64,000 nt of DNA from Planctomycetota bacterium. Lineage in GTDB: Bacteria; Planctomycetota; UBA1135; UBA2386. The notes under the pieces were generated by a model. The model did not search any database. It saw only the letters and a program-made list of their open reading frames with translations, and was not told the DNA's origin. Numbering within the stretch: the stretch's first letter is position 1; each line of letters starts with the position of its first letter. The stretch is from assembly GCA_965228735.1 (NCBI GenBank), contig OZ245838.1:2336001-2400000 (forward strand), written 5' to 3'. Of the stretch, positions 48,852 through 59,454 are shown one piece after another. The translations under genes were made by a program, and so were the position numbers.

Positions 48852-50180
48852 TCAGTCGTCGCCCCGCAACAGCGGCTCGATGACGGCGGCCATCTCCTGC
48901 TCGCTCGGCTCGGCCGTGAACTCCGTGTAGCCGCGCCGCTGGTACTCCTCGAAGTAGGCGCGCACCTCGGCCGTGGAGTAGGCGCCGCCGTTGTCGCCGA
49001 ACTTGGTCACGAACGGCGTGAAGTGCGGATACAGCGCCTCCGCCCCCTGCTTCCCCCACCAGTCGCCGTGCAGCGTCGTCTTGCAGAAGTTGCCGATGAG
49101 GATGTCGTCGAACGCGTTCCACTCGATCGCCTGCATCAGCGACTGCCGCGGCGTCGCGAACGTCACGCCACGATCGTGCTCACGGTTGATGTCGATCGCG
49201 TGGTCCTTGTCGCCGACGCGGAAGTTGATGTGGCCGATGCAGCTGTGGAGGTGCTCGACCCGCCGGAAGTAGTCGGCGAGCACCTTGACGTCGGCGCTCT
49301 CGAGCGGCGTCGACCAATCGTCGCCGAAGTCCGCCGGCGACTGCAACGGTTGGTCGTTTGCCGGCGGGTCGATCCTCTCGTACTGCCCGGTCTGCAGATC
49401 GAACTGCACGTAGGCGGGCAGGCACGTGCGGCGTCCGCCGTCGAAACCCAACTCATGGTCCTGAATCGGCGTCGCGTACTCGTCCGCCCACGCGCTGTCC
49501 GTGCGGTTGTAGCGATGCATCGAACTCGACGGCGCGAAGTAGTCGATGTCGTAGTAGTCGAGCATCGCCTTGATGCCCGGCCCGCACGGCTCCTTGTTCG
49601 CGGCTGCCGGCAGCACACGGTTGCCCTGCTCGTCGAAGAAGTTGATCATGTCCGCGTCGCCGTAGCCCGTGAGGCAGGCGAGGACGCGGCGCTTCCGGAA
49701 CCGCTCGCGCTCCCGCTGCAGGAAGCGACTGCTGCCGCGATTGCCCGCGTCGTTCGCGTCGATCACGAGGTGCCCGTCGATGTCCATCACGAGCGTCGCG
49801 TCCTGGTTGTAGTTCGCGAGCGACGCGATCCGCACGCGGTCGCTGACCGGGAACCACTCCCCGCACTTCAGCGTCGTGACGTCGAACCCCATGCCCGCGA
49901 GGTCGTTCGCGATGCGACTGCCGTAGTGATCGGCGAGCAGGATCTTGCTCGAACGCAGGTTCTCCAGGGATTCGAGGCTCAGGTGGTCGGGGTGCCCGTG
50001 CGAGATCCAGAGGTACTTGCAGCGCTTGACGCTCTCCTGCTGCGCCCCGGGCACGGCGTGACTGAGCCGCCAGGAACCGAAATACGCCAGCCCCGTGAGC
50101 CAGGGGTCCGTGGCGAGCACGGGCCCGTTGTCGTGCGCGATGAGGCAGGCGTTGCCGATCGTCTCGAAGCCGAGATCCAT
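48852..50180 (-). CDS. metallo-beta-lactamase-fold protein (UlaG/CMAH-like)
   Basis: TDPWLTGLAYFGSW, ISHGHPDHL, QDATL, DANDAG. Confidence 0.75.
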   Translation of the reverse strand: MDLGFETIGNACLIAHDNGPVLATDPWLTGLAYFGSWRLSHAVPGAQQESVKRCKYLWISHGHPDHLSLESLENLRSSKILLADHYGSRIANDLAGMGFDVTTLKCGEWFPVSDRVRIASLANYNQDATLVMDIDGHLVIDANDAGNRGSSRFLQRERERFRKRRVLACLTGYGDADMINFFDEQGNRVLPAAANKEPCGPGIKAMLDYYDIDYFAPSSSMHRYNRTDSAWADEYATPIQDHELGFDGGRRTCLPAYVQFDLQTGQYERIDPPANDQPLQSPADFGDDWSTPLESADVKVLADYFRRVEHLHSCIGHINFRVGDKDHAIDINREHDRGVTFATPRQSLMQAIEWNAFDDILIGNFCKTTLHGDWWGKQGAEALYPHFTPFVTKFGDNGGAYSTAEVRAYFEEYQRRGYTEFTAEPSEQEMAAVIEPLLRGDD

Positions 50181-50253
50181 GTCAGCGGTGTAGCACGGGC
50201 GCGGGCGCACCGCTATCCGCAGTTGGGCCCGCCGGCGGCGACTGCCGCCGACC

Positions 50254-52359
50254 TTAGAGAATGTCGAGGATGCCGGTGCCGCCGCCCGTCAGGGACTCGA
50301 TCGCGGCTCGATAGTTGATGTCGCACGCGACGACGCCCCCGAAGGGCACCGGAGCCGGGTCGGCGATGCCCCCGAGCGCGGCAGCCGCGAACGCACGCGT
50401 CAGCGCCGGCCGCTTCGCATCGGCGAGGAGTTCGACGAGCGGGCCGATCGAGCGCCGGTTGCCGACATGACCCAGCGCCACCGCGATCGCAGCCAGTCGG
50501 GCGACGCCGACGCCCGGGCGCGCGAGCATCGCGTGCAGATCGCGCGCGGCCGCACGATCGCCGAGATGTCCCAGCGCCATCGCGCACTGCCGCATGAGTT
50601 CGGGCCGGCGCTCCGCGGTCCGCAGGATCCCACGCAGCTTGTCCGCCGCGCGATCGTCGCGCATCAGGGCGAGGCCGATACAGCAGTAGCCGGCCAAGGC
50701 GTCGTCCTCGCGCGAGTCGTCGAGGCGCGCTCGCAGCGCCGGCGCCGCGTCGAGGCAGCACGTCAGCCCGAGCGCGACGGCGAGCGCGCCGGCCAGTTCG
50801 CGATTCCGCGCCCGGTGGAACTCGGCGAGCAAGGCCTGGGCAACGAGTCGATCCGGCTCGACCGCCAATCGGCGCGTCGCCGATCGGGTCAGTCGACGGT
50901 GCTCGCCGAGGCCGAGCGCGAGGGCGCACCACGGCTTCTCGAGCGCCTTGGTCCCGCGGTCGAGTTCGCGCAGCAGCGCGTTGCGGTTCTCGACGCCGCC
51001 GATCTGACCGAGCGCCAGCACGGCGAAGTATCGCGTCTGCTGATCGCGGTGCCGCCGCCACACGTCGAGCAGCACTGCTCTCTCGGCAGCGCCGGCAGCG
51101 CCGGGCAGCCCGAGTCGGCCGAGACCGAGCGCCGCGGCGCGAGCCTGATCGTGGCCCACCACGCGGCCGTCGATGCTGCCCTGCAGCAGCCGGCGGAAGA
51201 GCGCGCGATAGCGCGCCGCGCAGTCGTCCGTCGGCTGAACGAGCCGCGCGATCGCCGTCGCGCAGTGCGACTGCAGCGACTGCTGCCCCGGTCCGCGACG
51301 ATCCAGCAGGCAGCGTTCGAGCGTGGCCAGGACGCTAGCGCGCAGCGTCCGCACGCCACCGCTCGGTTCGGCACTCGCGCCCCCCGCCTGCAGGGGCAGG
51401 AGGCCGAGCCCGAAGATCGCGCCCACCAGCACGTGCCGATTGCATCGGCGATCCTCGACGAGCGGTCGCAGCGCCCGCACGGCGCGGTAGGTCGTCGCGA
51501 GTCGCTGCGATCGCCGCGCCGCCAGGCCGAGCGCGTACGCCGCGAACGCGCGCGTCCGATCATCGACCGGAATCCCGCCACAGGCGGCGCTGGCGACCGA
51601 CGTTCCGTGCACGAGCGCGGTGAGGAGACGGATCGCACGATCGCCATCGAGCCCGGCGAGCCCGAGCGCGAGCGCCGCGGTTTCGCGCACCTCCTGGTCG
51701 CGGCGGGCGAGTCGGGCGGCGAACGCGTCGACGAGCGCCGACTCATCGGTAGACGCCCCCACCTTCGCCATCGCGATCATCGCCGCGGTCACGACATCCC
51801 GGTCATCGGTGCTCGCGTTCGCGGCCAGCAACGCCGGCAGAACGCGCCGTTCGACGTCGTCGCGCGTCGGCTGCAACCCGTCCCGCGCGAGGCCGCGCCG
51901 CCCGGCGCCGAGATAGAAATCGTCACTGCCGGTCCGCGGTCCGAGCTCGTCACTCGCCCGCCGCACCAGGTAGCGGTCCTTGTTGAACTCCCACCAATGG
52001 GACCACCGCGTCGCATCGTCGGCGAGAGTGATCCCGCCGGTGCGCCCCGCGCCACCGCGATTCGGACCGGGCGTTGCCGGCCCCGGCGTCCCGCCCCGCG
52101 GCGGACCGGCGCCGGGCGTGGTCGGACCGCCCGACGGCCCGGTTCCCGGCGGCGCAACGGGCCCGGAACCGCCGAGCGGCCCGGTCGGCGGCGGCGGCGG
52201 TGGCGGTTGATGGGGATTCGGACGCGGCGGTGTGTTGCGGTTCGGCGGCCGGTACTGGCCGCCGTGCGGCGAGCAGATTCCGAACGCGGACAGGGACGCG
52301 GTGAGGACCAGCGCACTGGTCACGACCGTTGCGAAACGCCAGAGGGGTGGGCGCTGCAT
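50254..52359 (-). CDS. exported HEAT-repeat protein with Pro/Gly-rich N-terminal linker
   Basis: Signal peptide, HGGQYRPP, poly-Pro tract, WSHWWEFNKDRYL, many HEAT helices. Confidence 0.72.
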   Translation of the reverse strand: MQRPPLWRFATVVTSALVLTASLSAFGICSPHGGQYRPPNRNTPPRPNPHQPPPPPPPTGPLGGSGPVAPPGTGPSGGPTTPGAGPPRGGTPGPATPGPNRGGAGRTGGITLADDATRWSHWWEFNKDRYLVRRASDELGPRTGSDDFYLGAGRRGLARDGLQPTRDDVERRVLPALLAANASTDDRDVVTAAMIAMAKVGASTDESALVDAFAARLARRDQEVRETAALALGLAGLDGDRAIRLLTALVHGTSVASAACGGIPVDDRTRAFAAYALGLAARRSQRLATTYRAVRALRPLVEDRRCNRHVLVGAIFGLGLLPLQAGGASAEPSGGVRTLRASVLATLERCLLDRRGPGQQSLQSHCATAIARLVQPTDDCAARYRALFRRLLQGSIDGRVVGHDQARAAALGLGRLGLPGAAGAAERAVLLDVWRRHRDQQTRYFAVLALGQIGGVENRNALLRELDRGTKALEKPWCALALGLGEHRRLTRSATRRLAVEPDRLVAQALLAEFHRARNRELAGALAVALGLTCCLDAAPALRARLDDSREDDALAGYCCIGLALMRDDRAADKLRGILRTAERRPELMRQCAMALGHLGDRAAARDLHAMLARPGVGVARLAAIAVALGHVGNRRSIGPLVELLADAKRPALTRAFAAAALGGIADPAPVPFGGVVACDINYRAAIESLTGGGTGILDIL

Positions 52360-52487
52360 GTGTGACGACCTCGCGGAAAGAGTCCGTCGGGTCCTAGTGC
52401 CAGGTTCTCCGCGGTCACGCGCAGCAATCGCCATGCCATTGCAGATATCGCGCCGGCGCCGGTGACTCCGACGCGGACCGCCGACCC

Positions 52488-55400
52488 GTGTCCTATGCTC
52501 ACCCGGTGCTCGAAGCCTTCCATCCGACGGTCGCCACGTGGTTCCAGGACCGCCTCGGTCAGCCATCCGAACCGCAGCTTCTGGGCTGGCCGCGGATCCA
52601 GGCCGGCGACCACGCGCTGATCGCGGCGCCGACCGGATCCGGCAAGACGCTCGCCGCGTTCCTGCACGCCCTCGACGACCTGCTGCGGCGCGGCGACGCG
52701 TTGCCCGCCGAACTGCAGATCGTCTACGTCTCGCCGCTCCGCGCGCTCGCCAACGACGTGCAGAAGAACCTGCAGCAGCCGCTCGCGGAGCTGCGGGAGC
52801 GCGACCCGACGTTGCCCGAGGTGCGCGTCGCGGTGCGTTCGGGCGACACGCCGGCGAGTCAGCGGACGGCGATGCTGCGGCGACCGCCGCACATCCTCGT
52901 GACGACGCCGGAATCGCTCTACATCCTCACGACGACCGAGCGCGGCCGGGCGATGCTCGGCTCGGCACGGACGTTGATCATCGACGAGATCCACGCGCTC
53001 GCCGCGAGCAAGCGCGGCAGCCACCTCGCGCTCACGGTCGAACGGCTCGATCGACTCGTGACGCAGAGCGGCGGCCGGCTGCAGCGCATCGGACTGTCAG
53101 CCACCCAGCGCCCGATCGACCAGACGGCCGGCCTGCTCGTCGGCCGCGGGCGCGAGTGCGCGATCGTCGACGTCGGCCACCGGCGCGACCTCGACCTCGC
53201 GCTCGAGGTTCCGGGCGCGCCGCTCGAGACGATCTGTTCGACCGAGACCTGGAACGAGGCGTTCGGTCGCATGGCCGAGCTCATCGCCGAACACAAGACG
53301 ACGCTCGTCTTCGCCAACACGCGCAAGATGGCAGAACGGGTCGCGGCCAGGCTCGGCGAGGTCATCGGCAAGGAGCAGGTCACGAGTCACCACGGCTCGT
53401 TGAGCAAGGCGCGGCGCCTCGATGCCGAGCAGCGGTTGAAACACGGCCAGCTCAAGGCGCTCGTCGCGACCGCGTCCCTCGAGCTCGGCATCGACATCGG
53501 CGACGTCGACCTCGTGATCCAGATCGGGCCGACGCCGTCGATCGCGGCGTTCCTGCAGCGCGTCGGGCGCGCGGGCCACGGCATCGGGCGCCTGCCGAAG
53601 GGCCGGCTGTTCCCGCTCACGCGCGACGAGTTCGCGGCGTGCACCGCGTTGCTCTACGCGGTCCGCCACGGCGACCTCGACAAGACCCACCAGCCGGTGG
53701 CGCCGCTCGACATCCTCGCGCAGCAGATCGTCGCCGCGTGTGCGAGCGAGACGGTGCCCGAGGACGAACTCTTCGAGCTGTGTCGCACCGCCTGGCCGTA
53801 TCGCGACCTCCCCCGCGAACGGTTCGACGCGACGCTCGCGCTGCACGCGACCGGTCGCACGGCGCTGCTCCACCGCGACTCGATCCACAAGACCGCGCGC
53901 GGCACGCGGCGCGCGCGGCTGACCGCCGTGACGTGCGGCGGCGCGATCCCCGACGTCGCGGATTGGCAAGTCGTGCTCGACCACGACGACACGCCGGTCG
54001 GCACGGTGCACGAAGACTTCGCGATCGAGTCGTCCGTCGGCGACGTGTTCCAGCTCGGCACGACGAGCTGGCAGGTCGTGCGCGTCAGCAGCGGGCAGCT
54101 GCGCGTCAACGATGCGCACGGGGTACCGCCGAACCTGCCGTTCTGGATCGCGGAAGGGCCGTCGCGCTCGGACGAACTCGCGGCCGCGGTGGCGCACGTG
54201 CGCGAGCACGGCGTCGATCCCGACTGGCTCGTGCGCGAGTGCGGCCTGACGGAGGCCGCTGCCGAACAGCTCGCGGAGTATCTCAGGGCCGGCGCGGAAG
54301 CGCTCGGCGCGATGCCGACGCAGGACCAGCTCGTGCTCGAACGCTTCTTCGACGAGACGGGCGGTCAGCAGCTCGTGCTCCACAGCCCGTTCGGCAGCCG
54401 GTTGAACCGTGCTTTCGGGCTCGCGCTGCGCAAGAAGTTCTGCGTCGGCTTCGGCTACGAGCTGCAGGCCGCGGCGAACGAAGAGGCGCTCGTGATCTCG
54501 CTCGGGCCGATGCACAGCTTCGCGCTCGGCGACGTGTGGTCGTTCGTGCACCCCAACACGGCGAAGGACACGCTGATCCAGGCGATGCTGCCAGCGCCGA
54601 TGTTCCAGGCGCGCTGGCGCTGGAACGCGACGCGGTCGCTGCTCGTCGAGCGGTTCCGCGCGGGCAAGAAGGTGCCGCCGCCCCTGCTGCGCTTCCGCGC
54701 GGACGATGCGCTCGCGGCGGCGTTCCCGCAGGCGCAGGCCTGTCCGGAGACGCTGCCCGGCGGTCCCATCGACGTGCCGCTCGATCACCCCGTCGTCGGG
54801 CAGACCGTCGCCGACAGCCTGCACGAGGCGATGGACGTCGACGCGTTGATGCGGCTGCTGCGCCGGATCCGCGGCGGCGAGATCGCGCTGCGCGAGGTCG
54901 ACCTCAGCGAGCCATCACCGTTCGCCGAGTCGATCCTCAACGCGATGCCGTATGCGTTCCTCGACGACGCGCCCCTCGAAGAACGCCGCACGCAGGCCGT
55001 GACGCGGGCCCAGCGCGGCAGTCGGCAGGCTCCGACGCCCGATAGCGAGCTCGATCTGCAGGCGCTGCGGCAGGTGCAGGAAGAGTGCTGGCCCGATCCG
55101 CGGAGCGCAGCCGAACTGCACGAGGCGCTCGGCTGGATGGGCTGGCTCGACGATGGCGAGGTCACCGCGGATTGGCGGGACTGGCTCGCCGAACTCGCGG
55201 CGGACGGACGCGCGGTCGCTGCCGAGCTCGCGACGGGGCGGCGGTGGTACGCGGCCGAGGCGGACCGCGAAATCGTGGCCGCGTGGCGCGGCCGCCTCGA
55301 GGCCGTCATTCCGGTGTGGCTCGACGAGGTCGCGCCCGCGGACCACGAAGCGCTGCGCGCGCTCGAGGCCGAGGGCACCGCGATGCGCGCGCGCGCCGAC

Positions 55401-56336
55401 GGCCGCGAGCTGATCGCGCACCGCCGGCTGCTCGCGCGGGTGCGCAACGCGATGATCGAACGGTTGCGGGCCGCGGTGCAGCCCGTCAGCAAGGTCGACT
55501 ACGAGGCGTTCCTGCGGTCCTGGCAGGGCCGCACCGACGCGACGCGGCGCCGCGGTCCGATGGGTCTCGGCGAGACGCTGCGGCAATTCGCCGGCGCCCA
55601 GATGCCGGCGCGCGAGTGGGAACGCGAGATCCTCGGCGGCAGCGTGGCGGACTACCAGCGCGACTGGCTCGATCAGGCGACGCTGTCCGGCGAGTTCGTC
55701 TGGCTACGGTTGTTCGGACCGTGGCGCGGCCCGCTCGGCAAGTGCCCGCTCGCGCTCGTGCAACGCCAGGACCTGCACCTCTGGCTCGAGCTGCCGCTGC
55801 AGCGCTTCGATCCCGCGGCGCTCACCGGCGCGGCGCGGACCGTGCACGACCTGCTCGCGAGTCGCGGCGCGCTGTTCCCGACCGACCTGCAGAACGGCTC
55901 CGGCCTGCTGCCGAGCCAGCTCGAGGACGGCCTGGCGGAGCTCGTCGGGCTCGGCCTCATCACGTGCGACTCGTTCGCCGCGATGCGCCAGCTCGCCGTG
56001 CCGCCGTCGCGCCGCAAGTTCCCGCTCTACTCCGTCGGCCGCTGGAGCCTGCTGCCGCTGCCGCCCGCCGACACGCGCGCGAGCGAGGACGCGATCGAAC
56101 TGTGCGCCCGTGCCTTGCTGCAGCGCTACGGCGTGATCAGCCACACGCTGCTGCAGGACGAACGGTGCCCCGTGCCGTGGCGCCTGCTGCTGCGCACGCT
56201 GCGCGCCCTCGAACTGCGCGGCGAGGCCCGCGGCGGCCGCTTCGTCACGGGCTGGATCGGCGAGCAGTACGCGCTGCCGCACGCGGTGCAGGCGCTGCGC
56301 GAAGCACGAAACCAGCGTCAGGTCGAGACCGCCTGA
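52488..56336 (+). CDS. lhr: Lhr-family ATP-dependent DEAH/DEAD-box helicase
   Basis: APTGSGKT, VTTPESLY, IIDEIH, GLSATQ, HHGSLS, ATASLELGIDIG, QRVGRAGH, LDDAPLEERR, ELRGEARGGRFV. Confidence 0.93.
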   Translation: MSYAHPVLEAFHPTVATWFQDRLGQPSEPQLLGWPRIQAGDHALIAAPTGSGKTLAAFLHALDDLLRRGDALPAELQIVYVSPLRALANDVQKNLQQPLAELRERDPTLPEVRVAVRSGDTPASQRTAMLRRPPHILVTTPESLYILTTTERGRAMLGSARTLIIDEIHALAASKRGSHLALTVERLDRLVTQSGGRLQRIGLSATQRPIDQTAGLLVGRGRECAIVDVGHRRDLDLALEVPGAPLETICSTETWNEAFGRMAELIAEHKTTLVFANTRKMAERVAARLGEVIGKEQVTSHHGSLSKARRLDAEQRLKHGQLKALVATASLELGIDIGDVDLVIQIGPTPSIAAFLQRVGRAGHGIGRLPKGRLFPLTRDEFAACTALLYAVRHGDLDKTHQPVAPLDILAQQIVAACASETVPEDELFELCRTAWPYRDLPRERFDATLALHATGRTALLHRDSIHKTARGTRRARLTAVTCGGAIPDVADWQVVLDHDDTPVGTVHEDFAIESSVGDVFQLGTTSWQVVRVSSGQLRVNDAHGVPPNLPFWIAEGPSRSDELAAAVAHVREHGVDPDWLVRECGLTEAAAEQLAEYLRAGAEALGAMPTQDQLVLERFFDETGGQQLVLHSPFGSRLNRAFGLALRKKFCVGFGYELQAAANEEALVISLGPMHSFALGDVWSFVHPNTAKDTLIQAMLPAPMFQARWRWNATRSLLVERFRAGKKVPPPLLRFRADDALAAAFPQAQACPETLPGGPIDVPLDHPVVGQTVADSLHEAMDVDALMRLLRRIRGGEIALREVDLSEPSPFAESILNAMPYAFLDDAPLEERRTQAVTRAQRGSRQAPTPDSELDLQALRQVQEECWPDPRSAAELHEALGWMGWLDDGEVTADWRDWLAELAADGRAVAAELATGRRWYAAEADREIVAAWRGRLEAVIPVWLDEVAPADHEALRALEAEGTAMRARADGRELIAHRRLLARVRNAMIERLRAAVQPVSKVDYEAFLRSWQGRTDATRRRGPMGLGETLRQFAGAQMPAREWEREILGGSVADYQRDWLDQATLSGEFVWLRLFGPWRGPLGKCPLALVQRQDLHLWLELPLQRFDPAALTGAARTVHDLLASRGALFPTDLQNGSGLLPSQLEDGLAELVGLGLITCDSFAAMRQLAVPPSRRKFPLYSVGRWSLLPLPPADTRASEDAIELCARALLQRYGVISHTLLQDERCPVPWRLLLRTLRALELRGEARGGRFVTGWIGEQYALPHAVQALREARNQRQVETA

Positions 56337-56338
56337 GA

Positions 56339-56435
56339 ACCCGTACGGAACCTGGTTCATGCTGCCGGCCGCCGCAACGCCACCCGCGAGGCAACGCCCT
56401 CGCGGCCGGCAGCATGAACCAGGTTCCGTACGGGT
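56339..56435. repeat. perfect 34-bp inverted repeat (REPIN-like family B; possible bidirectional terminator)
   Basis: ACCCGTACGGAACCTGGTTCATGCTGCCGGCCGC (56339-56372) and its exact reverse complement (56402-56435) between convergent genes. Confidence 0.92.
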
Positions 56436-57853
56436 CACTTCGGCCACTCGGTGATCAGGCGGAACGGGCGGTCCTTCGCGAAGACCTTCTGCACGACGAA
56501 GACCTCGATCGGGCTGCCCTGCCACTGGCCGCGGAACGTGAGTGCCTGGCGTTCGACGTCCACCATGGTCCGGAAGTCCTCGGGTTGCCGCGGCGCCGGG
56601 TGAAAGCCCTTGCGCGTCACTGTGGAGCGCTCGAACTGCCAGACGAGCGGTTCTCGATCCGGACCGCGCGGCGTCAGCGTGACGATCGCCGCTTCGAGGT
56701 CTTCCGCGTACTCGAAGCTCCAGACCCGGCCGGAGCGCGCCCGAATCCGCAACGTGTTGCCGCGGTCGATCGCGACGTCGCGCCAGCGCGCGGGATCGCT
56801 GACCGGCACCGACTCGCCATCTCGCTGCTGCCGTTCGACCTGCCACAGACCGAACAGCTCGGGCTTGCTGCGCTGCCCCGACTGCAGCCGTTCATGCGTG
56901 GCGTAGTTCGCGAACGCGCCGTTCGCGCAGGCGGCCGCCGCCCACAGGCACCCGACGATCAGGAGCGGCCAGCCGAGCCACGCGCTCTTCGTCACGCGCA
57001 GGTCCACGGGCGCCGCGTTGCCGTGGCTGATGAACAACGCCCACAGCCGATGCCGGTACGGCAGCAGCAGGAGCAGCGAGATCAGGAACAGGTGGGTCGA
57101 GAACTGCTTGAGCGGAACGTCGTAGAGCCAGTTGAGGGCGCACACGTTGGCCATGACGGCAGCCGTGATGCACGCGCCGAGCAGCGCCGTCCGCCGGTGC
57201 AGCAGCAGCGCGAAGCCGAGCAGTTCGCCGAGCCCGCCGAGGAACTCGTAGGTCGGGCTGTGGCCCATGAACGTCCACGCGACCGAGCTCGGCACGAGAT
57301 CACCGACCTCGCGCGTGAGGACCGCGACCGTCGCGTCCTGGAACTGATGGCCGAACAGCTTGGGCCACGCGTACTCGAGCATGTGCAGCGCCAGGAACCA
57401 GCGCGCGCCGAGGTGCAGCCAGCGCCCGAGCACCGGGTGGCCGGTCCTGCGGCGATCGATGACCGACCAGATCGCGGTGAGCAGCACCGCGAGGATCCCG
57501 ACATAGGCGACGCGGGTCCACGCCGCGCCGGTGTCGCTGCGAATCGTCGCCGTATGAATCATCTCGGCACCGAACGTCAGGCCGCAGTCCTGCAGCCACG
57601 TGAGCGCGGCCTCCCAGCCCTGCCGCGGCAGCTCGGCCCACTCGTTCCACGCTGCCCGCGCGCGCATCGCGAACCCGGGCAGGTACTGGCCTTCGGGCAA
57701 CAGTCGCTGCCACGCACCGAACAGCGCCTTGGGCAGCGCCGCGAGCGGTGCCGGGAACGCGTAGAGCACGAAGTGCAGGGTGAGGTACCGCACGACGAGT
57801 CGGTGCCACAACGGCCACTCGGGCGCGGTCTCGTCGGTAGTCGAATCGCTCAT
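56435..57853 (-). CDS. DoxX-like membrane protein, paralog 1
   Basis: YAWPKLFGHQF, WTFMGHS, LLLHRRTALLGA, NVCALNWLYDVPLK; clearly homologous to the neighbouring gene. Confidence 0.75.
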   Translation of the reverse strand: MSDSTTDETAPEWPLWHRLVVRYLTLHFVLYAFPAPLAALPKALFGAWQRLLPEGQYLPGFAMRARAAWNEWAELPRQGWEAALTWLQDCGLTFGAEMIHTATIRSDTGAAWTRVAYVGILAVLLTAIWSVIDRRRTGHPVLGRWLHLGARWFLALHMLEYAWPKLFGHQFQDATVAVLTREVGDLVPSSVAWTFMGHSPTYEFLGGLGELLGFALLLHRRTALLGACITAAVMANVCALNWLYDVPLKQFSTHLFLISLLLLLPYRHRLWALFISHGNAAPVDLRVTKSAWLGWPLLIVGCLWAAAACANGAFANYATHERLQSGQRSKPELFGLWQVERQQRDGESVPVSDPARWRDVAIDRGNTLRIRARSGRVWSFEYAEDLEAAIVTLTPRGPDREPLVWQFERSTVTRKGFHPAPRQPEDFRTMVDVERQALTFRGQWQGSPIEVFVVQKVFAKDRPFRLITEWPK

Positions 57854-57903
57854 GTGTTCTCCTCGGGTGCCCTACCGGCTCACTGCTGGACGCGCCAATC
57901 GGG

Positions 57904-59340
57904 TCAGCGCGGGAACTCCCGGACGAGCCGGAACGGGTCGTGCAGCCGGAACACCTTCTTGACCGTGAACAACTCGATGGACTGTCCGCGCCATTCGCCG
58001 ACGAAGCGGATGGCCTCCCGCTCGACGTCGATGCGCTTCGTGAAGTCCTCACGCCGCTGCGGCGCGGGGTCGCCCGCCTTGCGCGTCACCGTCGAGCGCT
58101 CAATCGTCCAAACGATCGGCTCGACGTCCTGCCCGCGCGGCGTCAGCGTCACCGTGCCGGCCTCGAGATCTTCCTCGTAGCTGAACGGATACGCCTGCCC
58201 CCGCAACGTCCGTGCGAGCGCGTAACCGCCACGGTCGATCGCGAGCGATTTCCAGCGCATCGCGTCGTCGTAGTTGATCGGCTTGCCATCCCGCAACATG
58301 CGCTCGACCTCCCACAGCCCGTAGAGCGCCGGCTTCTTCAACGACGTCTCGAGGCGCTTGCTGTAGGACTCGCTGCGCGACCACACGCTGGTCGTCGCGT
58401 GACCAGCGGCCCACAGGACGCCGAGGATCAGCAGCGGCCAGCCGAGCCACGGCGACTTCACGACGCGCAGATCGACCGGCTCCGACGCGCGGTTGCTGAC
58501 GAACAGCGCCCAGAGCCGATGGCGGAACGGTGCCATGAGGAAGACCGCGCCGAGCAGCAGGTGCGTCGAGTACAGCTTGACGGGCACGGCGTAGAACCAG
58601 TTGAGCGCGCACACGTTGGCCATCACCCCCACGACCACGAAGCTCCCCATGAGCGCGGTGCGGCGGTGCAGCAACAGCACGAAGCCGAGGATCTCGCCGA
58701 TCCCCGCGAAGTACTTGTAGGGCGTGCTCGCGCCCATGAACGTCCACACGAGTCCCATCGGCGAATGATCGCCGACCTCGCGCGTGAGCGCGCCGATGTT
58801 CGGCTCGAGGAACTGCCCGCCATAGAACTTCGAGAGCCCGTAGCTCAGCATCGGCAGCGCGACGTACCACCGCGCCCCGAGATGCACCCAGCGACCGAGC
58901 ACGGGGTGACCCGTCGGCCGGCGGTCGAGCGCCGACCAGAGCGCCGTGAGGAGCGCCGAGATCACGATGATGCACGCGAGCCGCACGTACGCGTGCCCCG
59001 TGTCGCCGCTGCCCGTCGGCTGGTGGATCACCTCGATGTCGAACGTCAGGCCGTTCTCCCAGAGCCACGTGGTCAGATCCTTCCACCACTGATACGGCTT
59101 CCCCGACCAGCTCCCGATGTGCTTGAACGTGTCGGCCGCCCATTCGGGCATCTCGCCACCCTCGGGCAGGCAACGCCGCCAGACCGCGGCAACCGTCGAC
59201 GGCAGGCTGCTCAGCGGCGACGGGAACGCGTAGAGCAACCAGTGCAGCGTGAGGTAGCGAAACGCGATGCGCTGCCACAGCGGCCAGACGGGCCGGCCAT
59301 CGGCAGCGGGCAACGGCGGGACAGCGGGGCGGTCGGTCAC
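57904..59340 (-). CDS. DoxX-like membrane protein, paralog 2
   Basis: GSGDT, YGLSKFYGGQF, SPMGLVWTFMGAS, NVCALNWFYAVPVKLYS. Confidence 0.78.
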   Translation of the reverse strand: MTDRPAVPPLPAADGRPVWPLWQRIAFRYLTLHWLLYAFPSPLSSLPSTVAAVWRRCLPEGGEMPEWAADTFKHIGSWSGKPYQWWKDLTTWLWENGLTFDIEVIHQPTGSGDTGHAYVRLACIIVISALLTALWSALDRRPTGHPVLGRWVHLGARWYVALPMLSYGLSKFYGGQFLEPNIGALTREVGDHSPMGLVWTFMGASTPYKYFAGIGEILGFVLLLHRRTALMGSFVVVGVMANVCALNWFYAVPVKLYSTHLLLGAVFLMAPFRHRLWALFVSNRASEPVDLRVVKSPWLGWPLLILGVLWAAGHATTSVWSRSESYSKRLETSLKKPALYGLWEVERMLRDGKPINYDDAMRWKSLAIDRGGYALARTLRGQAYPFSYEEDLEAGTVTLTPRGQDVEPIVWTIERSTVTRKAGDPAPQRREDFTKRIDVEREAIRFVGEWRGQSIELFTVKKVFRLHDPFRLVREFPR

Positions 59341-59454
59341 GCTGCGAGTCTACGGCGCAACCAGCGGAGCGGAGAGGCCATGCCGGGCCCGCCGAGTTCC
59401 GCGGCGCCGAACGGCAGAATTGCCCTGACCCGCCGCCCAGGTGACATTGTCGCC

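Noticed and set aside
51055..51075. Additional motif-like match CCACACGTCGAGCAGCAC
   Set aside because: Inside a CDS, lacks the leading T and the invariant C at position 9; probably chance.
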